A DNA stretch of 64,000 nucleotides, from the NCBI GenBank assembly GCA_018969615.1, contig JAGWYA010000001.1, positions 169,141-233,140 of the forward strand, given 5' to 3'. The position numbers and the translations under genes are program-made. This document shows positions 1-9,829 of the stretch, piece by piece. Source of the stretch: Patescibacteria group bacterium (lineage in GTDB: Bacteria; Patescibacteriota; Minisyncoccia; UBA6257; 02-FULL-45-10c). The notes beneath the pieces were generated by a model that ran no database searches, was not told the DNA's origin, and saw nothing but the letters and a program-made list of their open reading frames with translations. Numbering within the stretch: the first letter of the stretch is position 1; each line of letters starts with the position of its first letter.

Positions 1-688
1 CGCCGAAAACACGGATCTCATATTGCGCATGGCCGTCGAGCCGCAAACGCAAAAAATGGAACAAGTTATGCAGATCGATCTTCCAATACCACTGCGTATA
101 ATTCGCGACCGACAAGCCGATCCGAGAAAGCTCACGGGTAAGCCCCATCTCAAGCATTTCCTGATAGGCGCTGTACTGATCCTTATAAAGCCCCTTCAGG
201 AGCTCAAGTGCCCTGGCTTCCTGGGTCGACGTCAGCCGTTCGTTCCCCCGTCCCTGCCGGTTCGTTTGCGACTGCTTCCGCAAAACCTCGGCGGGCGGAA
301 GATAGAACTCATCAAGCATCTCCGAATAGCGGCCGGAATATTCATTCACGTTCGCGGTCCGATGACGGATCCACTGCCGTGCGACGAAGATCGGCATCTT
401 GCAGTGGAACTTCAGCTCAGCCATCTCGAGCGGCGACGTGTGCGCGTTGCGCATAAGATAGCGAAGAAGCCCCTGGTCCTGATTTACCTGCTTTGTCCCT
501 TTACCATACGAGACCCGTGCCGAGCGGGCGATCTCAGAATCGCTTCCGAGATAATCCACGAGATACACAAATCCATGGTCAAGGCATTTGATCGGCCGAT
601 TCAGCCACTTCTCCGCACCGGGATTCACCGGGCGCAGCGTGGACTGCTTCTCAGCGCTGATGCGAGGCGGTAATTTTTCGCGTTTCAT
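1..688 (-). CDS. thyX: FAD-dependent thymidylate synthase (runs off the window edge)
   Basis: Manual translation from ATG 688 (SD AAGGAGG): ...LDHGFVYLVDYLGSD...ARVSYG...HTSPLE...PIFVARQWIRHRTANVNEYSGRYS, the ThyX signature. Confidence 0.95.
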   Translation of the reverse strand, partial: MKREKLPPRISAEKQSTLRPVNPGAEKWLNRPIKCLDHGFVYLVDYLGSDSEIARSARVSYGKGTKQVNQDQGLLRYLMRNAHTSPLEMAELKFHCKMPIFVARQWIRHRTANVNEYSGRYSEMLDEFYLPPAEVLRKQSQTNRQGRGNERLTSTQEARALELLKGLYKDQYSAYQEMLEMGLTRELSRIGLSVANYTQWYWKIDLHNLFHFLRLRLDGHAQYEIRVFG

Positions 689-757
689 AGTTCCTCCTTA
701 TGAGTGAGCTGGCCTTAGTGTACGACCGAACCGTCGGAGAATCAAGAAAACAGACGC

Positions 758-1297
758 TTAGCGTTCGTTCTTGAGGATCCCGCCCGGACCTTCATGAAAT
801 TCTACGACCTTTTGCATAAGCACTGAAACATCGGTATCAGACCGTTTCATCGTCACGCCGAGGCGCTCGCAGACTTCGCCCTGATGCCCGGCAACGCTGT
901 CGGCATTATATTCCTGCAAATAGCAGATATTCTTGATGCCCGCCGCAACAAGTTCGTCAAAACAGCCGCTACTGTTGCACGGACGGATCGTCACATAGGC
1001 ACTCCCGCCCTGCAGATGATGATAGAGATCGTTCGCTTTGGCGCGGGACAAGGCGTTCTTTTCCGCGTGATTCTTCACCCGGACACAGTGCCCGTTCTCC
1101 ATAAGACATCCGATCTCATCGCAATGCGCTTCTCCCGGCAGCGATCCGTTATAGCCGGTCGCGACCACATTGCCGTTCTTATCCACTAACACACAGCCGA
1201 CACGTGCGCGGGGGCAGGTCGCCCGACACGACGCCGAAAACGCCAGCCACAAGCCGTATTCTTCTTTCGTAAGGCGCTTGGCAGCGGTCTTGGTCAT
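758..1297 (-). CDS. dCMP deaminase / cytidine deaminase family
   Basis: RATCPRARVG, ATGYNG, HAE and PCxxxxC zinc motifs; likely start MTKTAAK; directly upstream of thyX. Confidence 0.9.
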   Translation of the reverse strand: MTKTAAKRLTKEEYGLWLAFSASCRATCPRARVGCVLVDKNGNVVATGYNGSLPGEAHCDEIGCLMENGHCVRVKNHAEKNALSRAKANDLYHHLQGGSAYVTIRPCNSSGCFDELVAAGIKNICYLQEYNADSVAGHQGEVCERLGVTMKRSDTDVSVLMQKVVEFHEGPGGILKNER

Positions 1298-1346
1298 TAC
1301 TTCAAAAGTAAACCAAAACCTCCCCGCGGGCAAATAAAAAAGAGCG

Positions 1347-1481
1347 CTACTTAGCGCTCTTATTTTTCTTCGCCTCCGCTCTCCGAAGTCGCCTGACAAA
1401 CAGCAGAGCAAAAATATATACCAAAAAGCAAGCGAAGCCAACAACAAGAAAAGGGACGAAGTCGTGGATAAACTTATTCAT
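1347..1481 (-). CDS. 44-aa single-pass membrane peptide
   Basis: Manual translation MNKFIHDFVPFLVVGFACFLVYIFALLFVRRLRRAEAKKNKSAK; stop lies inside a terminator-like hairpin. Confidence 0.45.
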   Translation of the reverse strand: MNKFIHDFVPFLVVGFACFLVYIFALLFVRRLRRAEAKKNKSAK

Positions 1482-1730
1482 AGTGATCACCAGATCAACG
1501 TTCTGCAATTATCATAAATGATAATTAGTCAAAGTCAACAAAAAATCCGTTCCCCTCTCTCTCAACAAAGTTTTGTAAGATATCGCGGAGAAAATAGGAA
1601 CGCTAAATCCATAAATAAAAGCAAAGAATGATAAAAAAGAAGCGGCAGCTCTTTTTACAGCGTAAGAACTCGGTGCTGTAAAAAGAATTGCCGCTTCTTC
1701 CGGTTATCAGAGATATCTTACAAAACGAGC

Positions 1731-3374
1731 CTACATCATTCCGCCCATACCTCCCGGCATGCCGCCCATCGGCGGATTCTGTTTCGGCTCCGGCTTCTCC
1801 GTCACCGCCGCACCGATCGTCAGGTATGTTGCCGCGACCGAAACCGCGTTCATAAATGCCGTCTTCGTCACTTTGAGCGGATCGATGATCCCCGCTTTCT
1901 TGAGATCGACGATCTCGTTCGTCATCGCATTGAATCCGAGCCATGCGTTCTTCTCTTTCTGCGCAGCAAGCTGCTGTACGACGGAGTCCGCATTCTGACC
2001 GCTGTTCTCCGCGATCGCCCGCACCGGCGCCTCCAGCGCCTTGAGCACGATCGTATGCGCCGCTTTTTCCACGTCGGATTCGTTCTTATTCCCCCGGTTC
2101 GCAAGGTACACATTAAAGAGCGCCATGCCGCCGCCCGGAACGATCCCTTCTTCCATCGCCGCGCGCGTTGCGAACACCGCATCTTCCACGCGCTGTTTCA
2201 GTTCTTTCTGCGCCGATTCGGTCGGGGCGCCCACTTTAATGACCGCCACGCCGCCGGACAGCTTGCCGATGCGCTCCTGGAGCTTCTCTTTGTCAAAATC
2301 GGAATCGGTTTTCTTCAGCTGAGCCTTCAGCTGAGTTACCCTTTCTGCGATCTGCTTCGCATCGCCGGCGCCGCCGACAATGGTCGTATTATCTTTCGTT
2401 GAAACCACCCGGCGCGCATGGCCGAGCTGAGAGACATCCACCGCATCAAGCTTCTTCCCCACTTCATCAGTGATAAAGTCCGCGCCGGTCACGATGCAGA
2501 TATCCTGCAGCATTTCCTTGCGGCGGTCGCCGAAGCCCGGCGCTTTGACCGCGAGCACAGAAAAGATCCCGCGAAGCTTGTTCAACACCAAGGTCGTCAA
2601 TGCCTCACCGTCGATATCATCGGCGATGATGACCATTTCTTTTTTCCCGCTCTGAACCACTTTCTCAAGCAACGGAAGGATCTCCTGGATCGACGACACT
2701 TTTTTATCGGTTACTAAAATAAGCGGGTCCTCCATGACCGATTCCATCTTTTCAGCGTTCGTCACCATATACTGCGACACATAGCCGCGGTCGAACTGCA
2801 TACCCTCCACCATTTCATAGGAGTTCACGATCGTGTTCGAATCCTCCACCGTCACCACGCCGTCCTTCCCGACCTTCTCCATAACTTCGGCGATCAGCTT
2901 ACCGATCTCCTTGTGCTTTGCGGAAAGGGTCGCGACCTCTTCGATCTTTTTATTGTCATTGATCATCTCGCGCTGCTTCTCAAGCGCTTTGACCACGCTT
3001 TCCGTGGACGCCTTCAGCTGTTCAGCCAGCTGGATCACATTGAATCCTTTGGCCTGGATCGCTTTCTCGCCTTCTTCGATCATCGTATGCGCAAGCACGA
3101 TCGAGGTCGTCGTCCCGTCGCCGACGTTGTCGTTCGTTTTATCCGCCGCCTGCTTGATCAGCTCGGCGCCAAGATTCTCGAACTTGTCCTCAAGTTCGAT
3201 CTCTTTCGCCACGGTCACGCCGTCGAGCGTCACCTGCGGCGCACCGAAACCCTTTTCCACGACAACCGCACGGCCGCGCGGACCGAGCGTCATGCGCACC
3301 GCTTCCGCAAGCACATCAATGCCCTTCTTGAGCGAGATGCGCGCTTCTTCATTGAATTGAACGAGTTTTGCCAT
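1731..3374 (-). CDS. groL: Chaperonin GroEL
   Basis: TLGPRGR, GDGTTT, EGMQFDRGY, KAPGFGDRRK, GGM tail. Confidence 0.99.
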   Translation of the reverse strand: MAKLVQFNEEARISLKKGIDVLAEAVRMTLGPRGRAVVVEKGFGAPQVTLDGVTVAKEIELEDKFENLGAELIKQAADKTNDNVGDGTTTSIVLAHTMIEEGEKAIQAKGFNVIQLAEQLKASTESVVKALEKQREMINDNKKIEEVATLSAKHKEIGKLIAEVMEKVGKDGVVTVEDSNTIVNSYEMVEGMQFDRGYVSQYMVTNAEKMESVMEDPLILVTDKKVSSIQEILPLLEKVVQSGKKEMVIIADDIDGEALTTLVLNKLRGIFSVLAVKAPGFGDRRKEMLQDICIVTGADFITDEVGKKLDAVDVSQLGHARRVVSTKDNTTIVGGAGDAKQIAERVTQLKAQLKKTDSDFDKEKLQERIGKLSGGVAVIKVGAPTESAQKELKQRVEDAVFATRAAMEEGIVPGGGMALFNVYLANRGNKNESDVEKAAHTIVLKALEAPVRAIAENSGQNADSVVQQLAAQKEKNAWLGFNAMTNEIVDLKKAGIIDPLKVTKTAFMNAVSVAATYLTIGAAVTEKPEPKQNPPMGGMPGGMGGMM

Positions 3375-3463
3375 ATGATTTGTTCTAGTGATAAATGATG
3401 TAATTGTTCTATCGCTGCGCTTGTCCGACTACAACAAGTAGAACATTTAGAACGACTTGAACG

Positions 3464-3757
3464 CTACTTAATAATTGCCACGATATCGGATTCCTCTCCG
3501 ACCAGATATTTCTTTCCGTCGACCTCAAGCTCATCAGGCCCGTATTTTTTGAACAAAACCAGATCGCCCACCTTCACCGCCATCTTCACGCGCGTTCCCT
3601 TGTCGTTCAATTTGCCGGGACCCACCGCGACCACCTTCGCCTTCACCGGGCGCTCTTTCTCGGCCGTATCCGGGATAATGATCCCCGACTTCGTTGTCTT
3701 CATCTCATCCTCGACCGGCTCTAGAAACACTCTGTCGTTCAATGGTTGTAATTTCAT
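3464..3757 (-). CDS. groS: Co-chaperonin GroES
   Basis: [28 protein letters not shown]; upstream of groEL. Confidence 0.99.
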   Translation of the reverse strand: MKLQPLNDRVFLEPVEDEMKTTKSGIIIPDTAEKERPVKAKVVAVGPGKLNDKGTRVKMAVKVGDLVLFKKYGPDELEVDGKKYLVGEESDIVAIIK

Positions 3758-3874
3758 AGTGATAAATTTAAGAGTTACGCGACTTTTTATATATACTAAA
3801 TTATCCCTTATTTTAACACTCTTGTACCAAGGATTCCAGCCTTATTCGGAACAACGCTAAAAATAAAAAGCTCC

Positions 3875-4225
3875 TTATTTAAAAGGAGCAATGAGCCGAA
3901 GAATATCCTTCTTCACCGAAGCAAGTAGCTGCTTCATCTCATCGGAAGAGTTGCTGTCCTCGGGCAAAAGCACGAACACGATGGCCTTGACCAGCGGATG
4001 CTTGCGAAGGTGTTCCTTGCGTTTATTGTCCAGGTTCCCCCTGGCGCTTTTCACCTGAACCGCCAGTGAAGAACCGTTATTTAAAAAGAGCAGAAAATCG
4101 ATCCCCTCGCAGTCCAGCCGGTCACTTTGCCGATTCCGAAGATATCCCCGAAGACATCTTTCTTTTTCCAATTCGCGCAATGCCTCTTCCACAAGATCTT
4201 CCCACGGATTCAGTTGTTTCGCCAA
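3875..4225 (-). CDS. Small PD-(D/E)xK-like nuclease-fold protein
   Basis: GIDFLL...AVQVKS motif; TTG start. Confidence 0.5.
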   Translation of the reverse strand: MAKQLNPWEDLVEEALRELEKERCLRGYLRNRQSDRLDCEGIDFLLFLNNGSSLAVQVKSARGNLDNKRKEHLRKHPLVKAIVFVLLPEDSNSSDEMKQLLASVKKDILRLIAPFK

Positions 4226-4285
4226 GTTCGGCCTCTAGGACGATTTCAAAGATATCGCTTTCAGTATAGGAAGCTTTTGCTTTTC

Positions 4286-5002
4286 TTACAAGTTATCAAC
4301 GTACTCCTTGATGCGTTTCGTGTGCGGGTGGAATTCCAGCTCGGCATCGCTGATCACCAGGCGCGGTTCATAGGTATCGCGCGCGGATGTCGCCCGGGCC
4401 ATATGGCTCAGCTGGATCTTTTTCAGAAACCGCTCCATAATATCGCCGTACCATCCCGACAAGACCCATCCCTTCATCCGAACGATCGCATAAGTACGCG
4501 CTGAAGCGAATCGTGCATCGGGCGCAAAGCTCCTCTTTTCATTAAGCCATCCGGCGTTGGCATCATAGAACGCCTGGATCGCGCGGGGGTCGCCAAAGAC
4601 CGGAACCAGCGAACGATAAAGGTGTTGCCAGTATGTATTGTGCGGCGGCGAAAGCCGATACGATGCCGGCGTTACAAAATGATTAAAACAAAAGCGGTCT
4701 TTCGTCTGCCCAGCCGCCGCTGGCGCCGCAGCAGCGAGCCTCGTCGCAGAATGACGGGAGCCCTGCGAGGGATGCCGCGCCCATAATCCGAGCGAGGCAA
4801 AGATCACAAAGCATCCCATGCGCGCCGTAAAGATCCGTCCGGTGCGAACCCCGACGATCACGTCAAAGTCGGAATCCTCACGCGGCTCACCCGTCGCCAT
4901 CGATCCCGCGACCAGCACAAAATCAACGAACGGAACCAGGCGGAAAAGCCGCACATACCGCAACAGTTTTTTCCACTTCTTATCGCTCACTGCGCTTGAC
5001 AT
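4286..5002 (-). CDS. Nucleotidyltransferase-domain protein
   Basis: GSMATG...DSDFD Pol-beta-like motif. Confidence 0.75.
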   Translation of the reverse strand: MSSAVSDKKWKKLLRYVRLFRLVPFVDFVLVAGSMATGEPREDSDFDVIVGVRTGRIFTARMGCFVIFASLGLWARHPSQGSRHSATRLAAAAPAAAGQTKDRFCFNHFVTPASYRLSPPHNTYWQHLYRSLVPVFGDPRAIQAFYDANAGWLNEKRSFAPDARFASARTYAIVRMKGWVLSGWYGDIMERFLKKIQLSHMARATSARDTYEPRLVISDAELEFHPHTKRIKEYVDNL

Positions 5003-5065
5003 TTATTTAATATAATGTTATATTAATACCGGTACAAACCTCGTATCCCCCGTAAGGAGGAACGT

Positions 5066-5257
5066 ATGAAAGCCATGACGAAGTGGGAGTTCTGGGGACT
5101 GACCGCCATGACTTTACTGCTGTTCATCGGCCCCCACTGGATCAACAAGCAGTACGGGCTCGCTACCGGCATCGGCGCCGCTGTCGCGGGAGTGCTCGCC
5201 GTCATCTACGTGTTCAACTTCCCGAAGCCCATCCGGATCCCCCCTACCGAAAGGTAG
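5066..5257 (+). CDS. Small two-TM hypothetical protein
   Basis: SD AAGGAGG, two hydrophobic segments, hairpin plus T-run at the stop. Confidence 0.65.
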   Translation: MKAMTKWEFWGLTAMTLLLFIGPHWINKQYGLATGIGAAVAGVLAVIYVFNFPKPIRIPPTER

Positions 5258-5268
5258 GGGGTTGTTTT

Positions 5269-6315
5269 TTATTCCCGCTCCGCGATCTCAGGGCGCTCAA
5301 GAAGCTCCGGTTCAATACCCACGGCACTGTCAGTGATCTTGAGAACATCCTTATCGATCTTCCCCAGTTCCTTATAGGCGCTGTTATACATATTCACGGA
5401 CGTTCCCAAATGTCCGCCGAGCTTTTTCATATATTCTTCATAGCTCGAAAGATGCTTTCCAAGCGCCTCCACGCGCTTGCGGATCTCTTTTGCCGACTCT
5501 TCGATCTGCAACGCCTTCAGTCCCTGTAAAACCGTCTGGAGATACGCCAAGAACGAGGTCGGCGACACAATGATCACGTGCTTGTCTTTGAACGCATACT
5601 GCACCAGGTCCTGCGTGTTCACTTTTACCGCGCCAACCTTGTTGATCAACAGATCGTAATAGATCGCTTCGGCGGGGATGAACATGAACGCAAAATCCAT
5701 CGTCCCCTCTTCGGGCTTCACGTATTTCGCGGTCTCGTCGATGCGGTTCTTCAGATCCTGTTTGAATAATTTTTCCGCATCCTCTTTCGACGCTTCATCG
5801 CGCGCGTCCAAGATGCGGTTATAATTCTCCAAACTGAACTTTGAATCGATCGGGATGATCTTGTCCTGCACGAAGATAACCGCATCAACGATCACGCCGT
5901 CCTTGAACGGATACTGCATCTGATACCGGCCCGGCGGAAGCACATTCTTCAAAAGGTTCTCGAGATAATATTCGCCCAAAATACCGCGCTGCTTCGGATT
6001 CTTCAGAATATCCTGCAGGTTCTGCAGCTGGTCCGCAAAGCTCACCACCTGGCGGTTCGTTTCATCCAATTTGGTCAGCCGCTCCGTCACGTCGCGGATG
6101 ATCTTTGCGCTCTCGCTGAACTGCGACTGCATCGAACGCGTCGATTCGCCGAGCTTCGTATCCAATGTTCGGCGCAGATCGCCCAGTTGGTTCTGAAGCA
6201 TCAGCAACGATTGATCGTCCCGCTTCTCTTCCTGCGGGCGCTGTTTGATCGCGCTATACAGCAACACAAAACCGGCGACAAGGATAACGGCAAGAAGAAG
6301 TATCATGGGATCCAT
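5269..6315 (-). CDS. rmuC: DNA recombination protein RmuC
   Basis: N-terminal TM, coiled coil, KQRGILGE, IPIDSKF, DFAFMFIPAE, IVSPT; start set at MDPMILL. Confidence 0.93.
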   Translation of the reverse strand: MDPMILLLAVILVAGFVLLYSAIKQRPQEEKRDDQSLLMLQNQLGDLRRTLDTKLGESTRSMQSQFSESAKIIRDVTERLTKLDETNRQVVSFADQLQNLQDILKNPKQRGILGEYYLENLLKNVLPPGRYQMQYPFKDGVIVDAVIFVQDKIIPIDSKFSLENYNRILDARDEASKEDAEKLFKQDLKNRIDETAKYVKPEEGTMDFAFMFIPAEAIYYDLLINKVGAVKVNTQDLVQYAFKDKHVIIVSPTSFLAYLQTVLQGLKALQIEESAKEIRKRVEALGKHLSSYEEYMKKLGGHLGTSVNMYNSAYKELGKIDKDVLKITDSAVGIEPELLERPEIAERE

Positions 6316-6417
6316 ACGGATATTGTAACATGGCGGCAAGCTCAGGATAAATCTTTCGGCGAGTTTATGCTGAGTAAAATCCGAAGCACTCAAAATAAAT
6401 AAAAAAACCGCCCGGTA

Positions 6418-6603
6418 TTACACGGGCGGATAGCCAAGCGCACGAAAGATCGCTTTGGCGCAGGTCACTGAAAGGTTCGTCAGAAGCTTCAGGATGCCGA
6501 GATACTTCAAGATCGGCATTGTCAGAACGGCGATGATCAATGCGGCGAGCATAGCACTGATGATCGCCTCCGGCACCTTGCTGCGTTCAGGCTTTTGCGT
6601 CAT
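6418..6603 (-). CDS. Small membrane protein
   Basis: SD GGGAGG, one hydrophobic helix; overlaps the stop of the upstream gene. Confidence 0.55.
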   Translation of the reverse strand: MTQKPERSKVPEAIISAMLAALIIAVLTMPILKYLGILKLLTNLSVTCAKAIFRALGYPPV

Positions 6604-7222
6604 GGCGCACCTCCCTGGCCTTGTCGGCCTTTGCGAAGATCAGTCTTTGCAAATTCTCGTTGCCGAAGATCGGCGGCAGATACAATTCATAACCGCTTGC
6701 TGCATGCGGATCAAAAAATTTCCCTCGCTCCCAAAAATCAAGCACGAAGCGTATGAAATTACATGAACATCCGCTTTTGCCCGAAGGCATCGCTGAGATC
6801 AAGAGCCAGTCACCCGCTCGCTTGCTGAGGGCACTAACTGCCGCCCCTGCAAAACAGCAGTAATTTACGAAGATCAAATTCCCATAATGAGTGGAAAACG
6901 CTCGCTGAAGATCCCAATACCTAATGGTCTCCCTGCGGCGCGTTCCGCAAACACCCAAACCCTTCTTCCAGCCATGACCGACATAAAAAAGACAGATATC
7001 TCCAAAAGGGTCGTGAGAGATGATGCGTTTCAGTTCATGGAGAATAGAACGTGCGGACCCCGGACTACCATCCGGCATAAAAGTAAAAATATCCCCTTTA
7101 TGAAAGCCAAGCTTTTTCAGCAAAGATGATCCTATCATCGCCGCCCGGGCCGTGAATCGATCAGAAAGTCCGATATGGTGATCATCGGCATTCGGCATGC
7201 CGATCACGATGATCGCCTTCAT
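6587..7222 (-). CDS. Hypothetical protein with caspase/hemoglobinase-like His-Cys motifs
   Basis: ICLFYVGHG and LIFVNYCCFAG resemble clan CD catalytic strands; start set at MKAIIVIG after GAGG. Confidence 0.5.
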   Translation of the reverse strand: MKAIIVIGMPNADDHHIGLSDRFTARAAMIGSSLLKKLGFHKGDIFTFMPDGSPGSARSILHELKRIISHDPFGDICLFYVGHGWKKGLGVCGTRRRETIRYWDLQRAFSTHYGNLIFVNYCCFAGAAVSALSKRAGDWLLISAMPSGKSGCSCNFIRFVLDFWERGKFFDPHAASGYELYLPPIFGNENLQRLIFAKADKAREVRHDAKA

Positions 7223-7292
7223 GACAACCTCTTCGTTTCGAAAAACTTTTTGTAGTTTACCGAAAAACAAGGTACGATACAAGAATATTTCC

Positions 7293-8066
7293 ATGTCATT
7301 TTTTGACCACAACAACGTCGAACAGTTCAAAGAAGAATCCGGCTACGACATCAACGGCCGCTGGTATCCGCGCGTCACCAAGATTGTCGGGATCAAATCA
7401 AAGCCGGCACTCTATTATTTTTACGGCGAAGCGCCGAGCTTTAAGGCCGCCAAGGCCATGACGGAGAATTCCGCGAAAGAAGGCACCGCGGTCCATGAAG
7501 CCGTGGAAAAGATCATGGTCGGCGAAACGCCGGAGATCCCTGAAGCGATCCTGCCGGCAGTGCGCGGGTACCAGGAATTCGTCAAAGAACGGGCGATCGA
7601 TGTAAGGCCGGAACATGTTGAGAAGCGCATCTTCCACCCCGTCCACCGCTATGCGGGCACCATCGATGCGCTCGCAACGATCGACGGCAAGTTCGGCGTG
7701 CTCGACATCAAGACCTCGCAGGCCATCTACCGCGATTATAATCTTCAAACCTCGGCCTATGTCGAAGCGCTCCTTGAAGAGTTCCCGCAGATCGAAACCC
7801 GCTGGATCCTCCGCATCGACCAGGTCCATACCTGCCTGCAGTGCGGCGCGACGATGCGCCCGAAAGGAGGCCGCAACAAGGTGCGCCGCGGAAAGCGGCT
7901 CCCCTGCTATCCGGAACATACCTGGTCCGATCTAACCGGCATCACCGAGCTCCAGGAATTCCCCGACTGGAAGAGCGACTTTGAAGCATTCCTCGGCGCC
8001 AAGAGGCTCTGGGAATGGGAGAACGAGAAGTGGCTGAAACTCGCAGGCTATTTCGACGGGAAATAA
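7293..8066 (+). CDS. PD-(D/E)xK exonuclease-like protein
   Basis: YPRVTKI, EGTAVHE, YAGTIDA...VLDIKT, LQTSAY; CxxC insert. Confidence 0.8.
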   Translation: MSFFDHNNVEQFKEESGYDINGRWYPRVTKIVGIKSKPALYYFYGEAPSFKAAKAMTENSAKEGTAVHEAVEKIMVGETPEIPEAILPAVRGYQEFVKERAIDVRPEHVEKRIFHPVHRYAGTIDALATIDGKFGVLDIKTSQAIYRDYNLQTSAYVEALLEEFPQIETRWILRIDQVHTCLQCGATMRPKGGRNKVRRGKRLPCYPEHTWSDLTGITELQEFPDWKSDFEAFLGAKRLWEWENEKWLKLAGYFDGK

Positions 8067-8125
8067 CCCGCATTGACACTCGCCACCCAGCGTAGTATGA
8101 TGTTGAGCGTAAATTAAACAGCACT

Positions 8126-8398
8126 ATGGCACATACAAAATCAGTCAGCGCAGCACATAATAATCGGGAATCCGAAGCAAAACGCCTTGGCGTCAAGAAA
8201 GCAGACGGCGAAATGGCGATGGCCGGACAGATCATTATCCGCCAGCGGGGCAGCAAATACTCTCTGGGAACGAACGTAAAGCAGGGCGCCGATGACACCA
8301 TCTACGCGATGAAGAACGGCAAAGTGAAGTTTACCACTTCCAAGAAAACCCGCTTCGACGGGACTCGCCGGAAAACAACGGTGGTCAGCGTTCTCTAA
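8126..8398 (+). CDS. rpmA: 50S ribosomal protein L27
   Basis: MAH...KRLGVK...AGQIIIRQRG...G.DDTIYA...GKVKF. Confidence 0.97.
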   Translation: MAHTKSVSAAHNNRESEAKRLGVKKADGEMAMAGQIIIRQRGSKYSLGTNVKQGADDTIYAMKNGKVKFTTSKKTRFDGTRRKTTVVSVL

Positions 8399-8428
8399 AC
8401 AAAAATACCCTTCGGGGTATTTTTGTTT
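8397..8428 (+). terminator. Intrinsic terminator after rpmA
   Basis: aaaaataccc-ttcg-gggtattttt. Confidence 0.8.
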
Positions 8429-8458
8429 TTCCTTATTAGTTACTCTACCTCTCTGAGG

Positions 8459-8517
8459 GCAGGGATTATCTTTTCCGCAGCATAAGACCCCGGGACTGCG
8501 AAAAAGATAATCCCTGC
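8459..8517. repeat. 22-bp inverted repeat between convergent rpmA and nth
   Basis: gcagggattatcttttccgcag ... ctgcgaaaaagataatccctgc. Confidence 0.7.
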
Positions 8518-8523
8518 TATCCC

Positions 8524-9189
8524 TTATTTTTTAGGCCACCGCCGGGCAGCCGGCGGATACACCTTGGTGAGCGGATGACTTACACACGGATGCGGGCGCG
8601 CAGGACAAATGTCCCGGCCGTAACCGATCAGCCGATACGTGATTAGGAACCATTCTTTCTTCGGCAGCAATTCCATCAGATCCCGCTCGATCTGGATCGG
8701 GTCGCCCGAGTCGCTCAGATCGAACTTCAGCGCAAAGCGGCGCACATGCGTATCCACCGCGACCCCCTCAACGATGCCATACGCATTCCCCAAGACGACG
8801 TTCGCGGTCTTGCGGGCAACGCCCGGGATCGTCAGCATCTCCTCCATTGTCTTCGGCAGCTTCCCGCCAAAGCGCTTCTTTACGATCTTCGCCGCGGCGA
8901 GAATATTCTTCGCTTTGTTGCGATAAAATCCGGTGGAGTGAATATCACGCTCAAAGGCCGGCTGCTTCGCTTTTACATAATCGTCCAGCGTCCGGTATTT
9001 CTTGAACAGCGCCTTCGTCACTTCGTTCACTTTCTTGTCGGTGCACTGCGCGGATAAGATCACCGCAACCAAGAGCTCCCAATTATTCCGGTAATGAAGC
9101 GCCATCTTCGGATGCGGATAGAGCTTCTTGAGCACGCGAAGCATCTTCGCCATGCGCGCTTTCCGTACTTTCAATTGTGCCGGCGTCAT
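8524..9189 (-). CDS. nth: Endonuclease III
   Basis: LLVAVILSAQCTD, IPGVARKTANVV (HhH), VDTHVRR. Confidence 0.95.
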   Translation of the reverse strand: MTPAQLKVRKARMAKMLRVLKKLYPHPKMALHYRNNWELLVAVILSAQCTDKKVNEVTKALFKKYRTLDDYVKAKQPAFERDIHSTGFYRNKAKNILAAAKIVKKRFGGKLPKTMEEMLTIPGVARKTANVVLGNAYGIVEGVAVDTHVRRFALKFDLSDSGDPIQIERDLMELLPKKEWFLITYRLIGYGRDICPARPHPCVSHPLTKVYPPAARRWPKK

Positions 9190-9192
9190 ACG

Positions 9193-9537
9193 TTAGTGGA
9201 TCGCGGATCCAGGAGGCGTTTCGCGCTCAGGCATCAAAAAGACCGGCCCCGTATCGTCGCTTGCCGCAAGAAGCATCCCGTTGCTTTCCAAGCCCATCAG
9301 CATCCGCGGCTCAAGGTTCGCCACGATCACGATCTCCCGCCCGACGATCGCGGCCGGATCATAGACCTTGCCGATCCCGGCGAGCACCTGCCGTGGTACC
9401 GAAGTTCCCGCTTCATCCTTATCGCCGGCATCCAAAGACAGCTTCAAAAGCTTCGAAGATCCCTCAACGCGCTCGGCGGCGAGGATCTTTGCGACGCGCA
9501 ATTCTACTTTTTCAAAATCACTGAATGGGATCGGCAT
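9193..9537 (-). CDS. tRNA-binding OB-fold protein (Trbp111/CsaA/MetRS C-terminal type)
   Basis: DFEKVELRVAKI, VANLEPR, ESNGMLLA. Confidence 0.9.
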   Translation of the reverse strand: MPIPFSDFEKVELRVAKILAAERVEGSSKLLKLSLDAGDKDEAGTSVPRQVLAGIGKVYDPAAIVGREIVIVANLEPRMLMGLESNGMLLAASDDTGPVFLMPERETPPGSAIH

Positions 9538-9541
9538 AGTG

Positions 9542-9811
9542 TTATTGTTTATCTGAGAACTTCAATAAAATGATCGTCGCCGACACCAGGACGGCGGTCA
9601 CCACGGCGGCATACAGGAACTGCGCCAAAATAGAGTTCTGGCTCAGCGGGAAAAGATAATCGATAAGGGACTTGATCGCCTGATTCCATGCCAGACCCGC
9701 CACCAGACCGAATGCGGCGAGAATATAGCCGATCGTTTGCGTCCTCACTTTGCGCGCCAGTTCGCTGCTCTTCTGCTCAGCTTTTTTCAGTTCGTTCTTC
9801 AGATCTTCCAT
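9542..9811 (-). CDS. Small two-TM protein (DUF5654-like)
   Basis: AAFGLVAGLAWNQAIK motif. Confidence 0.7.
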   Translation of the reverse strand: MEDLKNELKKAEQKSSELARKVRTQTIGYILAAFGLVAGLAWNQAIKSLIDYLFPLSQNSILAQFLYAAVVTAVLVSATIILLKFSDKQ

Positions 9812-9829
9812 ATCCTTATCATCGCGAAT

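Noticed and set aside
23-673. 216-aa plus-strand ORF
   Set aside because: Antisense shadow of thyX, which carries the real motifs and SD.
3813-3839. CIRCE element upstream of groES
   Set aside because: Only one arm (GAGTGTTAA) fits the consensus; the other is too degenerate to call.
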